NCBI RefSeq assembly: GCF_001194135.2
Contig: NC_069001.1
Coordinates: forward strand, 8,347,680-8,411,679
From: Octopus bimaculoides
Taxonomy: Eukaryota
Reading direction: 5' to 3'
DNA: 64,000 nt
Shown: in pieces, positions 11,581 to 26,597 of the stretch
Position numbering within the stretch: the stretch's first letter is position 1
Layout: each line of letters begins with the position of its first letter
Notes under the pieces: generated by a model
Database searches by the model: none
Told to the model about the DNA's origin: nothing
What the model saw: the letters and a program-made list of their open reading frames with translations, nothing else
Position numbers and translations under genes: made by a program

Positions 11581-14500
11581 GCTGGGAGAGTAACTCAATC
11601 CATTGCCATCTCTATTCAGCCATGTACTATGAATAGATGGATTCACACCACCCCATTCTCACAGTTTAGTAGTGGAGGTCCTGCATAGTTTGTGGCTACA
11701 GTTCTTCCTCTGTGTAATTCCACCCCACCCTCCTCCAGATAATAGATAAGAAAGATACATATACACTACCAATGCAGTATGTTAAGGGTTCATATATATT
11801 ATTCTGGTTATTTTAGACATGAGCGTGGTTGTTTGGTTAACAAGTTCACTTTGTAACTGTTATTTTGGATTCCATCCCATTGTTTTGCACTTTTAGCAAG
11901 TATAGTGTAACCCAGTGCTTTTCAAACTATCTGATGTGGCATACCGGCAGTTTTTTTTTTCCCAATGTGCCAGGGACCAGTAATATTTCTTAGTAATATT
12001 AATTTGTACTGGAAACAAAATATATAATGACTATAATAAAAGTTGATAATTCTTTTATCTTATATTTATTTTGCAAACAAATAATACAATAATACATAAG
12101 CATTTTATAATGTTTCTTTCTTTTCTGGAAACTTGCCGCATACCGGCAGCTGATGGCTCGCAGAGTAGCACTTGTCTCCTTGTATATATGTGAGGCTACA
12201 TTATTCATTGTTACATTCTGTATTTAAGATTATAGGGTGTAATATAAGAGAGATTTGGCTGCAATTTCTTGCAGGTTGTGCAACTGCATAGACTTTCAAT
12301 CACTGATTCATGTTCTGTGAGTGTATTTTTTTTTTATGTATGATACCTGACTTGTGTCTGGATAGATGATATACTAGAGATGAAAAGGAAGTATTCAAAT
12401 ATCAGAGTTGCTTCTAGATGTCCGATGTGCCACTGTTCAAGGCAAATTACTATGCTAGGCTGAGAACAGGTTCCATATTTACTTTGTTGTTGAGTGACGA
12501 ACACAGTTATTCAACCGTAGAAATAATAGCTCTGATAATGCATAAATGTCTTAAATTTCATCTCTTATCATCATGGAAACTGCCATGTAATTTTAATGCT
12601 AAAACATGCATGCACATGCACACACACATACACGCACACATGCACACAAAATTCAAGCAAGTGATTGGATTTGGAAACTCATGCTATGTTCTAGAAGTTC
12701 ATTTTTTAGACTAATTGTTGCTACCATCCTGTCAATTTGTTCACAAATGGCAACAAATCATTCTTATGTTATTTCTTATAATGAAGCTCTGTCATTTCTA
12801 TGCCTGCATCATTGACATTGATCTTTAACAATATAATCACTGTCACGACAAGCTAATGGGACAGGCTGTTCATGGTAATTTCAAGTCCTAGAAGGAACAT
12901 CTTCACAATTTTTGGGGTTGCAAGATATATCTGTCAAATCTCCCTTAAATTGCATTATTGTCTAGAAAAAGAAATGCACATTGGATAATGTAGTCTTAAT
13001 TTTGGTGGCAGTTCTAATTCTGTCATATAGTTTAACACAACCACTTGGCTCTCATGTGCCTTCAGCAGTGTCTGTCTGCTCTGTTGCAAGTATGTGAGTC
13101 AAGTCTCCCAACTTCCCCACAGTCTTAGATGCTTTTCAAAATTGAGACGGAGGATTGCTTTTCTCTTTTGATTGAGCCATAAAAAAAATATCATAAAAAA
13201 AGAAGATATATTATGGGATTGTCATGGCTGGAACGCCTTTGATCGTAGGTCTATTGCAGTTTGAAGAACTTGAGAGTAAACAATAACAACAACAACAACA
13301 ACAACACCATAATTGAAATCAGTCGTGCCACGAACACCACTACGATCACCTTCATATGTCTGTTGGATTAGGACTGGACTGGACTGGACGGAGGGGAAGG
13401 TGGCAGTGTGGGGGGGGGGGAGACTAAACTATAACAACAACAACTATACAATTTCTCTTGAGCATTTACATTCGTTTTTTTGTTGTTGTTTTATTTTGTC
13501 TTTTATTTTTGTTTTTACTCTTGTTATTTAGTAATTTATCACAAGTTTTTGTCTTCAGCCTCCTACAACCACTACCACAATCTGACCATTGTCCACAAAC
13601 CTATCTGCTACTATACATAGAATTAATATGTTCACCCTTCCTTTCCAGTCTTGCCCTTCACCTCAGTCTGATGTTACTACCACCACCACCACCTTGCACC
13701 ACCTCTGTTCCTCCTCCCCCTTATTTTTTAATTTTATTTTTTCCCTTTTTTTTAAAGAAATTTATTTCCAGTGATTTGTTTGCTGTTTTTCTTTTTATAT
13801 TTTTTTTATTTCATTATTTTTTTTCTTTCCATTTGCTGTTTTTTTAATTTTTAATTTGATAATTTTTTTGTTTTATTTTGTTTGATCAATGTTGTCTTTT
13901 CATTTCATTTTATTTTATTTTATTTTAGTTTGTATTCTTGATTTCTAATTTTATATTTTTTATTTTTTGCTGTTTTTTGTTGTTGTTGTTGCTGCTGTTG
14001 TTTTGATAGTAGGTGTTTGTTTGTTGTTAGTTGTTGTAATCCATATAAGCTTTGTTGTTGTCGTTGTTGTTGTATATAGTGAGAATGACTTGGATGATAA
14101 CCAGGATTTATATGATGTCGTGTACGACGGCGAGGAAGATGAACAGATATATGAACACTTGTGTATTCGACATCAAAGATTCTCCACAGTAAGTCAGCAC
14201 AGAAAAGATTTCCTTCTCTCACATTACCCCTCCATGTCCCACCCCTTCCTGTTCAGATACCTTCAGACAGCTGCTGGTCCCCACCCCACAATCTACAACC
14301 TTTTAAAATTATATTAAATTTAACCATCATATGTAGTACAGTGTCACATATAACAAATGCATTGTTTCAAGCAATATGGGTCCAAAAGTGACACCGTCTT
14401 ATGGCAGAATGCCTCCTACAACATTGTGTCACATACAGCATAATGACTTGTCGGTTGGCACGTAAAACACCCACTACACTCTCGGAGTGGTTGGCGTTAG

Positions 14501-17500
14501 GAAGGGCATCCAACTGTAGAAACTCTGCCAAATCAGTTGGAGCCTGGTGTTGCCTCCTGGTCCACCAGTCGTCAGTCAAATCATGCAACCCATGCTAGCA
14601 TGGAAAGCAGACGTTAAACGCCGATGATGATGATGACTTGTGTCACATGACTCAGTATGACATAACATGACAGTATGACATGTAACATGGTGTCACATAC
14701 TTTATGGTTTTACATAATGGATGGTGTTACATGTGACATGGTGGTTTTTAACCATGGTGTCACACAGATATGACACAAGACACTATATCACATACAGCAT
14801 GGTTTTACATATAAACATTGTGTTGTTCATATATATATAAATATATATATATGTATGTATGTATAACATGGTGCCATCAACAAGTATCACATCTCTCGGA
14901 ACTGTAGATCAGACCAAACTGTTGAAATAGGTCAGGTGAAACTGGAACTTGTACTTTGTTCTCTCATTCAGTTTACCTCAGTGGGTCCATAGATGATAAA
15001 CAGATATGACATTGAAAGGATCATCTCATCTCCTACACCAAGACACTGCAGGCAACACAGGACATTTTACATCATACACATTCTTTGGTGAACGATAGTT
15101 TTTTTATCAACGAGATTGTCATGTAACCCCAGGTCAATCCTGATCGAGCAATTGTGATCAACCTTGCCTTGTTTTTAGAGGCGTGCTTTATCCAATGTAT
15201 GCATTACTTATTTTTAAAATGATAGTGTGCAATTTGAGGGAGATTTAGTTGCTGTGTCTAACAGGTTGCACTACTAAATAGAATCCCCTTCATGGATTTA
15301 TATTCATGGGAGTTTTTAGTGTTAGCTCTGTGTGTGTTTGTGTGTATGTATGTGTGTGTGTGTGTGTATCTTATCCCTCCCTCTCTTAAATAATATGGTA
15401 GAATATCAATGCTGATGTTGTATCATCCTGGAAACTTAATATGTCATGGTTTGCATGTATTCATTCACATTCATGCCCCCTCACCAGTGTTGCCGATCAC
15501 TTCCTTTTCTTAGTAAGCATGTTCTGCTTGGTGTTAAACAAGAAATTGTATGGTTTCCTTTATGTTTGTTATTTTTTTTATTGTTTTTTTTAAAATTTAT
15601 TTTTTTTTCCTCAATGTATATCCCAGATCTATTGTTTGCCACCTGCCCTTCTACCTTACCTGACCGATCTGACTATACCACCAATCTTGCAGCCACTTCT
15701 CCAGACTAAATCAAACTGTTGCTGATATTTTAGTAGTGTTGTTAAGGCAGCGAACTGGTAGAATCGTTAGCTTGCTGGTCAAAATGCTTAGCAGCATTTC
15801 GTTTGTATTTACATTCTGAGTTCAAATTCTGCTGAGGTTTGATTTTGCCTTTCACCCTTTTGGGGGTTGATAAAATAAGTACCAGTTGAGCACTAGGTTA
15901 ATGAAATTTACTTAACTCCCTCCCCCCAGTCTTTCTGGTCTTGTGCCAAAATTTGAAGCCAATATTTTAGCAGTGTTGTTATTTTTTTATTTTATTTATT
16001 TTTTTTTTACCAAAATCTCTCATCTTTATCATTTTTGCTGTTCATTCAAGTGCTCAAAACCCTCCTACTGTTCCTTTCTGTTCCTAAGAGGTAAACCTCC
16101 TGTAGAAGCTCTACAATCTCCTTGTATCCATTTGATTATTTCATCACACACAGTCCCTAATGCACCAGTTATCACAGGTACAACTTTTACAGATCTGATG
16201 TGTAATCTCAAATTCTAAGGGGTTGCAGTTTTTCATCTTTTCATCTGTTTTCTTCACCATCCTAGTATCAAATGGACTGGATGGATCAGTCAGATTACAA
16301 ATCCAATTTTCCTTGTCTATTACTGTATTATTATTATTATTATTATTATTATGGCAGTGAGCTGGCAGAATTAGTAGCGCATTGGACAATGTGCTTAGCA
16401 GCATTTCTTCTGGCTCCTTACACTCTGAATCCAAGTTCTACCAAGAGCAACTTTGATCCTTTTGAGATCAATAAAATAAGTACTAGTTGAACACTGAAGT
16501 CAATGAAATTGATTAATCCCTTTCCATAAAAATTGCTGGCGTTGTGCCAAAATTAGAATTATTATTATTTTTATGACTACCCTTTTCTGATAGATTGCCA
16601 AAAATGTTAGAGCATCAGGTAAAATATTTTGCAGTATTTCTTCTGGGTCTTCATGTTCTGATTTTAAATTCTGTTGAGGTCAACTTTTTGCTTTTCACCC
16701 GTCTGGGTTTGATAAAGTACTGGAATAGATTTAATTGACTTTGCCCACCTCTATACCACCCAATTTGAGTACTTGTTATTATTAACGTAGAGGTTGATGG
16801 GTTGGCAGAATGATTTGAGCATTGCATAAAATGCCTCTGGTTATTTCTTCCAGCTTTTAGTTATGAGTTCAAAACCACACCAAGGTTATCCATGCCTTTC
16901 ATCTTTTCGGGGTTGACAAAATTAAATACCAATGAAATACTGGGCTGAAGGTATTGACTAACCACCTGCTTCCCCTAAATTGCAAACCTTGTGGCTATGC
17001 TAGAGAGTTTCAATCTCACTGTGTTTGAGGTGATTTTGTAACTGCCAAGACTCAATAAAATAAAGTATCCCTCTGGTTTCTGAGGCCTGTATATTTTTAT
17101 TGTATGTGTGTGTGTGTGTGCGTATATATAATTAACTATCTCTTCTTCCCTAAATTGTATGACCCTCTGCTAATGTTATAGATCTTCATTATTATTATTA
17201 TTATTATTATTGTTTATTGTTATCATCATCATCACCACCACCATAATTACATTATGTTATTATTATTAAACTAGAAACAATTATTATTATGGAAACTTTT
17301 TCTTGATATCTGCTCTATTTACACATCCACTGGATGCTACCTAAACACCTGAGGTAGATAACAGATATGATGTTCTTATTACATTGGATGATTATATGAT
17401 GTTGAGAAGTGCTAGGATTGCATGAATTAAAAAAAAAAAAAAAATCTACACGAGTACTCAAAAATTCTATTAACTAATGTTAATTTAGAGAAACATTAGA

Positions 17501-18213
17501 GCTATGTTTCTCAAAAGTACTGCTATAAATTTTACAGAAATCTGTATTAATATTTGAGCATCTTGGAGACTTGTAATTCATGTTATTATTATTCACAAAT
17601 ATGATAAATAACACAAGGTAAGCATTAGTTTCTATATACAACTTCCTAAATGAATTGCATCAGTAATTTCTTTGATCTCCAGTATACCACTAAGTCAAAA
17701 CAACTGAGAATCACTGTATCAGTGCTAAATACCTTACTCTACATTGTTCTATACCTCTACATTCTGCCACAGTCTCCTTTAACTCTTTCCCCATTATACC
17801 ATTGGGGTACCGTTAAATAATTTTTCTTCATGCAGTGCGTATCTTGAGGAGTAAAAAGCTGTATGGCAGTTTACATTCCTCTCAAAACTATACTACCTCT
17901 CAAAAAACAAAAAAGAGTTTACTTTAGCACAGAAGGCTAATTGAACACCTGTCAGCTTGTCGGCATTGCCTCAGCTTACAGCTGCAGGTTATATTTTTTT
18001 AAATATTTCTTTGTATCTTGCATTTTGTGAATGATAGCAAGGTTGGTTATGTAGTTCCAACTTGTGATATTTATGATGTCAAGAGTGATAAAGGAGAACC
18101 TGTTTTACATGGGTAGAAAAAATACCCCAAGGTATTTGAAAACACTAGATTTACTGTCATTTTTTACCAATATACTACCCCCCCCCACCCACACACACAC
18201 ACCCACCCACACA

Positions 18214-18249
<36 letters not shown>

Positions 18250-19214
18250 GAGCTTCTGTTAAGTTTCTGTACACCGATTTTCGCTCATGAAGCATAGTTC
18301 AACCCAAGGCAAGAAAACACTTGCCTAAGTACTGTGCTATGGGATTGAACCTCTGGACCATGTATTTGCAAAGAGAACTTCTTAACAATATAACCATACT
18401 CATAATAATACAAGGTGTTCCTACTTTTGTTACAGAGACAGTGCATTTAATGCTAGTGTCAAGGACACAAACCCATCACCACCTGGCTGCTTGTCTCATC
18501 TATCCACTGAGCCATCCCCATTTTCAGATTAGGTTTAATATATTATCTTATATTATCTCTAATATATTAATTTTATGTTATATAATTGATACATATTTGT
18601 AATCAACTTCAACTGGCCTGTTTTTTACACACACATACACACACATATAGTGTGCTTATAAATATGAAAAATGTGATTTTATTGAATATGAAGTAAATCA
18701 AGATTACTGTGGTAAAATATAGACACATATTACTATTTATATTACATGTGTGATATTTTATATGTGATATTACTCATATTACATGTGTCATGTTACATAC
18801 ATGACATATGTGATATTAATGATATAAGACATGCAATTTTATTTGTATTACATATAGATTTTTTTTTTTTTGCTTGTACTGCAAATTGATAATTAAATTA
18901 ATCTTAGATTAATTGGTAGAACTTGTTCAAAACCCTAACAGAGACATTTGATCAATGGTGGTCAAACTGTAGTTATTCTTGCTTTTTATTCAGACATTGC
19001 CTCTAGGACTACAGTATCCAAAGTGTCCTTCAGTCATATCTATGGAAACAGCTTGACCGAATGGTTAAGAGTGGATGTGGCATGGACAAATGGTTAAGTT
19101 GTTAGCTTTGTAATTACCAGGTCCTGTGTTCGATCTGACTGGTTGATGTCTTGGGCAAGAATCTTATTGAATGGATTACACCTGTGATTCAAAGATACAG
19201 CCTTGTCACACATG

Positions 19215-19245
<31 letters not shown>

Positions 19246-19277
19246 CCCCCCCTCTCTCTCTCTTTTTCTCTCTCTCT

Positions 19278-19349
<72 letters not shown>

Positions 19350-22300
19350 CTGAATTTAGATCTGTCAAACATTTGGAGATGTCATGCTAGCTGTTTTTGG
19401 TTTTAAAGTCCCTAACAGCTCCCATACCAGACCAGTTTATAATTAGCCAACAAGGAAGATTCAACCTGCTAGAAATAGTCAAATCACCCTCATTGCACAT
19501 TGCTATCAAAAAGGACACATAGGATTATGCTCAGGATATCCATTAAAAAAAAAAGACAACTGGAATGTCTTTGGCCATATGTCTATTTGATTAGGATTGA
19601 CTTGTGGTTAACCCTTCAACATTTAAACTGGCCATATCTGGTCAAAATATTCTGTTTTGTGTCCAAACTGGCCAGACCTGGTTTCTCTACTATATCATTC
19701 TAAAACATTAAGTTACTGAATAAATAAGCATTACATTTGACAAAATAATGTAAATGCCAAAGGGTTAAACAACAACACCTTACTAAGAATAAGATGTAGC
19801 AATGGAAAAAGGAAGTCATACATAATTTTAGGATGAAATTTCTATGACTGATGGAGAACACAGTGGAAATTTAAAAAAAAGGAAAATTCTAAGGAACAGT
19901 CCAGATAGTACTTGCTAGCAGTTCAATATCATTTTTACTAAAAACTTAAAAATATAGCATTACTTGTATAGGCATCAATACTTCAATTTAGTAATAAATT
20001 CCTTGTTAGAATCCTGTTCAGAACTATAGCATGACCAAATGGTTCAGAAGTTTGCTTAGCAGTTGAGGTTCTTGTCTGATGCCCTTGTGTGGCATCTTGG
20101 GGGTAAGAATGTCATTTAACATAGTCTCAGGTTGATTCAAACCTTATGAGTGAAAATGGGTAGACAGAAACTGTTTGGGAGCCTGTTGAATGGATTGTAC
20201 CTGAAATTTAAGGATCCAGTTTTGTTACACTGTTGTACAAATCCTGCCTTAGAATTATGTCAAGGGTACATGTGTGTGTGTGTAGTGCTTAGTTACTTAC
20301 ATACTTATATAAATGAGCCTGGCAGTTCAGTTGATCAAACAACTGAAAGCTCATTGTTGAAACCAATGGAAATCGATTCCTATATACATATTTCAAGAAT
20401 AAGACACCAGGTAATGACAAGAGATAAAGCTGATTATTAATATGAAAACATTTTCATCCCTTAAGATATAGTTAATAGTTCCAAATATTTTATCAAATTT
20501 TATTAATAACATTTAAAAATGATTTGAAATGTTTATTTGTTTTTTTATTTTATTCTATTTTAGTCTGACTTTGATGATGATGATGATGATGAGGAAGATG
20601 ATGATAATTTATAATAATGATAAATTCCCTGTAAAATGAAATTGGTATTTATGAAATGTGTTGTAGCCATTTTACGATAGTTAATCTGTCTTATAGCTTC
20701 TTTCTGCTTACTTACAGACGGGAATGCCACCTCCAACCACAAAACGGGACCACTGCCTCAAAGAGTTGGTTGACACAGAGAAAAATTATGTTGAAGCCCT
20801 ATTAATGATTGTGAATGTAAGTAATTTATTCTTTCAGTGACCCAGTATTAAGTTGAAAAGGAGCAGGGCCCCACCTCCCTGCCTTCCATTCACATAGAGT
20901 AGAAGGAAGAGAATACATCCCTTTCTTTTTTTTCTTGAATGGTTGAGTCAGGAGGTGAGGATCAGTGTCATCAGCACTGACCCTTTCTTCCTGGCTTAAC
21001 CATTGAAATCAATTTGGCTGATGTTCAGTTTGAGCCCCTGTGAGTTGATCTCTGAATGTCTAACCAACCATTCTTCCTTCCTTCTTTATTTCTCCTTTTT
21101 CTTTCTTTTTCTCTTTTCTTTCCTTTTTGTAAGATAGTCTGGACGAAAGGGTAAGTACTCATGACTTATGTCAGCTTTTCCCAGACTGTTGAAATTGCTA
21201 CATGTTGAGTTGAAACATGTGCGCCTCATTCCCCACTTTACATATTTCATTTGTTACACAGTAGAGGTCAGGTGGTCAAGTGGATAAGACCTAAGTGCAA
21301 CCTCTTTATGGGTGATAAATTCAAATATACTGGTGCTAGTAGTGTTTATCTGAGTAGAACACTCTGTGTTAGATCTCAAGTCGAGGGATGAAAATATTGG
21401 AACAGTATCAATGTGGTAAGAATGTCCAGCTTCAACACACAGTTCACTTATTGTCTTGGTTAAACTATTTTGCCAAATGAAATCACTCAAATTCACTCTG
21501 ATACACTGTCTGTGTCCAGAATAAGACACTTGATATTAGTTGGAGATCAAGTTGATGGAAACATAGTGTATATATACATATTTCTTTTTAAAAAATGCTT
21601 CACCTCTAAAAAGTATGTTAACAGTCTGAAACATTATAGTTTTTTTTTTCCACATCTTTTCAGCATTTTAGTAAACCTCTTCGAAATGTTTTACCTTCAC
21701 AAGAGCGAGAAATTATATTCAAGCACATAGAAGTAAGAGTGATCTTTATATTTTTTCGCCCCAACTAAATTTTTGTTCCAGCATTTTGTATCTTGTATCT
21801 ATGTTTTAACATTTCTATTTCTTTCTCCTTATTCAGCCTCTTTTGGAAGTTCACCAGGCCTTTCACAGTGAACTCTTGAAAGCCTGCTCGAAAGGTGTAC
21901 CTAAAATTAGTGAGGTATTCATTAAACATAAACCTAAATTTCTCATTTATGGGGACTTTTGTTCCAACTTGCCCCAGGCACAAGACCTCATTGATGAAGC
22001 ATGCAAGCGTAGTGAATTAGTGAGAAATTCCATTGAAGTAAGTTTCTTGATTTGCTTTTTAAATCTTTTTTATTTGTTGTTTGTTCCACAGTTCCCTATT
22101 CATCTTTCATTAGTTCAGAAAAACTCTCTTTTGAACTACCAAAATATCTTTGATATTTGATCATGGTTCTGGAAACATTTGCTAAACTAGCAGAAAAATT
22201 GCTCTCAGGGCAGCTTTCTGCTAGGCACTTGATAATATTTTCACATTTGATTTTCAATTCTAATAATTTTTATGATATTTTATGTCTAATTATTTCTTTG

Positions 22301-25300
22301 TATAATAGTGCTCACTTGCTTAGTAAATATTGCTTTCATTGTATCACAGTCATAATCTCTCTTTTTTACTGAGAATACTGAGATTTGTTGAGATGTTTGT
22401 GGGAGAAGGTTAGAAATCACAAAATCCTAGACAGATGGTCATGCAAAACAATGTGTATGTGGAAATTTGAAATATGTTGAGACAACCAGATGCGAGTCTA
22501 TTGGCACTATAAGTATTAGGGAGTAATACTACAAAACTGAATATCAACCATGAATTTCCCCCTGTACACAATTATAATAGTAACATTAGCAACATGTTGG
22601 TTCTCTAGTTTGACACCAGCCATTAAACATGTATTTTTGTTTGATAAACAATGTTTCAAATCCCCGTTATAATTACTGATAATATATTTACTGCTATTTT
22701 GATTCTGTTGTTTCTATTTTATCACTGATCATTGATTAAATTCGTTTTTTTTTTTTTTGTTTTTTTTTTGCTTTTATCTAACTCTTTTCTTTCTCTCTCC
22801 ATAATCTTCTTTCACACTTCAAGGAGTGTCAGACAAGAGCAAATGATGGAAAATTTCGTCTCCGAGACCTTCTCTCTGTGCCGATGCAGCGTGTCCTCAA
22901 ATATCATCTGTTACTGAAGGTATGATGAGCAATACATACTCCTTAAACAATCTATATCTTCATATTCTCTTCATATTGTATATATATAATTGTACACACA
23001 CACACATTCATTCAAAGACTGGAAAAGTTTGTATATTTTTAATTCTATATTACACGCGCTTCATTATAGTATTGGAAATACATTACAAATATAAAAATTA
23101 TTATTTATCATAATAATGATATAAATATGATAATAGTTGTATACATGTTAACTACATTGATGAGGACAGCTTGGATTATAACCCCTTCCGTCTCTCTCTC
23201 TCTCTTGCTCTCTCTGTCACGCATGCACACACACACACACTTACTTTGTCTTTATTTTTATTTCTTTTAAATATTCTCTCTCTGCAGGAATTAATTAAAC
23301 AAACAGATAAAACGGATGATGATCGGAAGAATCTAGAAATAGCTTTAGAAGCTATGCAGGTCAGTCTCTTATAAATTTTCTAAAATACAAGCATCATTAC
23401 TCAGTGTCTTTGATGATGTTATGTCTGCATTTGAATGCGTTTGATTGTGCTATACTGTACGTGTGCACTGTGGATGCTAGCAGGGGTATGTGGTAAAGAA
23501 GTTAGCTCTGAAATCCTGAGGCTTTGGGTTTCATAATCTAGGATCTCGTGATCACATACTGTAATTCAAAGAGCTAGCTTCATCACACACTGTGACAAAG
23601 CATTAAGGATACATAGACCTGTGGAATACTCAGCCACATGCATTACAATTCATTGACCAAGCAGTTGAGTTTGAGAACTGGAATATTCCTTGTTGAAACC
23701 TAATGGAAATCCATTAAATATTGTGGTCTTTGTGTGTGTGTGTTTTGCTGTCAATGTATCTGTTTTGCTGTGAGTATATTTGTTGTTGGTGTGAGTCGTG
23801 TATATAGAATGAAATAAAATGCAAAAAGAGTATCAAACTCAAATACTTTGTTCCTACCCCAAATACACACACAAATTCATAGAATCTAAATTCTTTACTG
23901 CCAGATATTGATAACCTGAAAGATCCAATTTTTTTTTTTTTTAAATCTCTTTGTCTAAAGGCTTTGTCCAACATGTTAGAGCTTTCTTCACACAAAAGCA
24001 TGTAAACTTACTGAAATTTATATCTTATCACCAGCAATTTATATCTTATCACCACTGCTAGCTTTCTTGGATTTGGGTCTTTTATTTGCATGTGCGCATG
24101 CGCACACATACTCACACACACATACACACATTTATAATTATTGAGTAAGTCTCTCTCTCTCTCTGTTTCAGGATTTATCATTATATGTAAATGAAGTGAA
24201 GCGTGACAATGAAGCTGTTGACCTTATTGAAGAAATTCAAAACAGGTAGGACTCCTCTCCATCGTTGTTGCTGATATTAGTGTGGTGGTGGTAGTATTAT
24301 TAGTAGTGTCAGTGGGGGAAATGGTTGTGGTTATGGTAGAAACGGTAAGTTTGTGTGATTGTTATGTCAGTGGTTGGGTGGCTATACTGCTACTTCTAAA
24401 ATTATTACACCATCATCATCATGTAATAATTTAATATTCGTTTTCCATGCTGGCATGGGTTGGATGTTTTGACAGAAGCTAGCAAGCTGGAGAGCTGCAC
24501 CAGACTCCAACTGGCCGTTTTGGCACAGTTTCTACAGCTGGATGCCCTTCCTAATGCCAACCACTTTACAAGGTGTACTGGGTGCTTTTTACATGGCACC
24601 AGCAAGTAAAAATTCAAATTTTGTATTAGAAGCAACTCCATAATGTAAACTTTATCAACATTACATACTTAATGTATGTGTTTTGTTAAAAACTTGTAGC
24701 TGTTGTATTTTGTCAAAGAGACTAGTTATATATACTTCTGGTTGGCTTTGCAGATGTGTTTTGGGAGTGGAGTGAACATACAGCACCAACAAGCAGCAAA
24801 AACTGCAATATTATCTGTTCTTTCTTTTTCACTTCCAAGACAATTCTGTTTTGCCTAGCCTTGAAATATACTGTGTTTTTCTCACACTATATATCCTTCG
24901 AGTGGATAAATCTTTCGCCTTTACTATATATCTTTAAAGAGATTTTTGTAGCTACAAGCATTAAGCAACACACATACATTAAATTTGTGATATTGATAAT
25001 TAAATAATGTTGTGGTGCTAACAAGTGTGCATTTGGATTCTCTTGCACCATATCCCAGCTAACAGCAAATGTTAGTATAGGATAATGGTATTGAATGACA
25101 ATAATAATACATTGATGCCAGTGTATGATGAAACCTGCATGAGATAACATTAATGGCATGTGATGACACTAGTGTGTATTATGAATTATTTATTTTTAAA
25201 ATTACTTAATCAGAGGTAGAAGGGCAGTGGTCATGACTCCTTTCAGGGCCTCCTCTTTTCATGACCATTTTCAGGGTCTCTTATACTGATAGGTGGAGAG

Positions 25301-26547
25301 GCAGACTGGAGACTGGGTCTGAATGCTAGCAATGGAATAGACTTCACTAAAAGCACCCAAGGACCACATACTCAGTAGTATTAAACCATGTAGTGGATTA
25401 AATCTACTGACTTGATTTGATGACAGCATTAAATGATGTCATCATCGTCAGCAGCAACTAATAAATGATGTATGATATTAAAGACATTGGTGGTCTTAGG
25501 CTGAAAATATTAATAGCATGATTTTAATGTGATGATGATGATGATGAGAGCTGTGCCATAGTAGTTAAAGTAGGAGTGGTTAGTGTGCTGCTATGGCCTT
25601 CACAGTATTTTGTGTGTTTGGCTCATGATCAGAAGGATGTGTGTTCAGTTTCTTGACTGGGCATTGCATTGTGTAATTTCATGTTGATTCAGCCTACTCA
25701 ACTGTAATGAGTGCCAGTGGGATACTGGTGCAGCTCTCTCTTCTCTCTCTCTCCCTCTCTCTCTCTCTCCTCCTCCTCCAACTGTCACATCCTGGATGTT
25801 TCACTGAGTCAATGTTGAGAAATTTGAAGCAATTAGCAAAAGCATGATACATGTTACCAAGCCATACTTGCTCAAGAGCGATGATGGTTGGCTGTAATTT
25901 AGCGTGTCAGTAATAATGATAACATGATAGTAGTGATGGCTGTGTGTTATTTTCGAATTAAGCAGCTCTGTTTTTATATAACATGATTTCATTTTTGTTT
26001 TGTTTCTCTTTGCAGTATTGTTGATTTACAGATGGTGAGTATATCCTCTACTATCATTCTCTTTATTTACCCCATTTGTTTACCCTTTATCTATCCTGTC
26101 TCCTTTATTCAAAGGGACCTATTTATAATCATTTTCATAAGAGTCATATGGTTACTTGTGTCTTGGTGAAGGCAACCCATTTAGAAGCGAGGATACAACC
26201 CAAAGCCTTGTATCACAGAATATGAATGATGGTTTCTCTGATGTTGACAATATTTTATATATATATACTTCATTTCCTACATATGTTTATGCTTGTTTCG
26301 ATGGTAATGCTGTATATATATACATATAAATGTAAATGCTTTCCCAAATACAGTTGCATTTTATTTTTGAAACTCTGATGAAGCTATAGGGTGATACATA
26401 AGCACTAAATGATGAGCGCATTGCATCGTATAGCAGAAACAGCTATAAGCTAATGGAGCCCACAACACAATTTTTACACTCTTGTCATTTAAATTTTTTA
26501 TTACTGCTCTCTCTCCTTCTCTCTCTCCACACACACACACACACACG

Positions 26548-26597
<50 letters not shown>

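Noticed and set aside
12418-12469. ORF start [17 protein letters not shown] after ttctag, as a possible exon between A and B
   Set aside because: Weak donor (gttcca), phase 0-1 does not fit, no Vav similarity.
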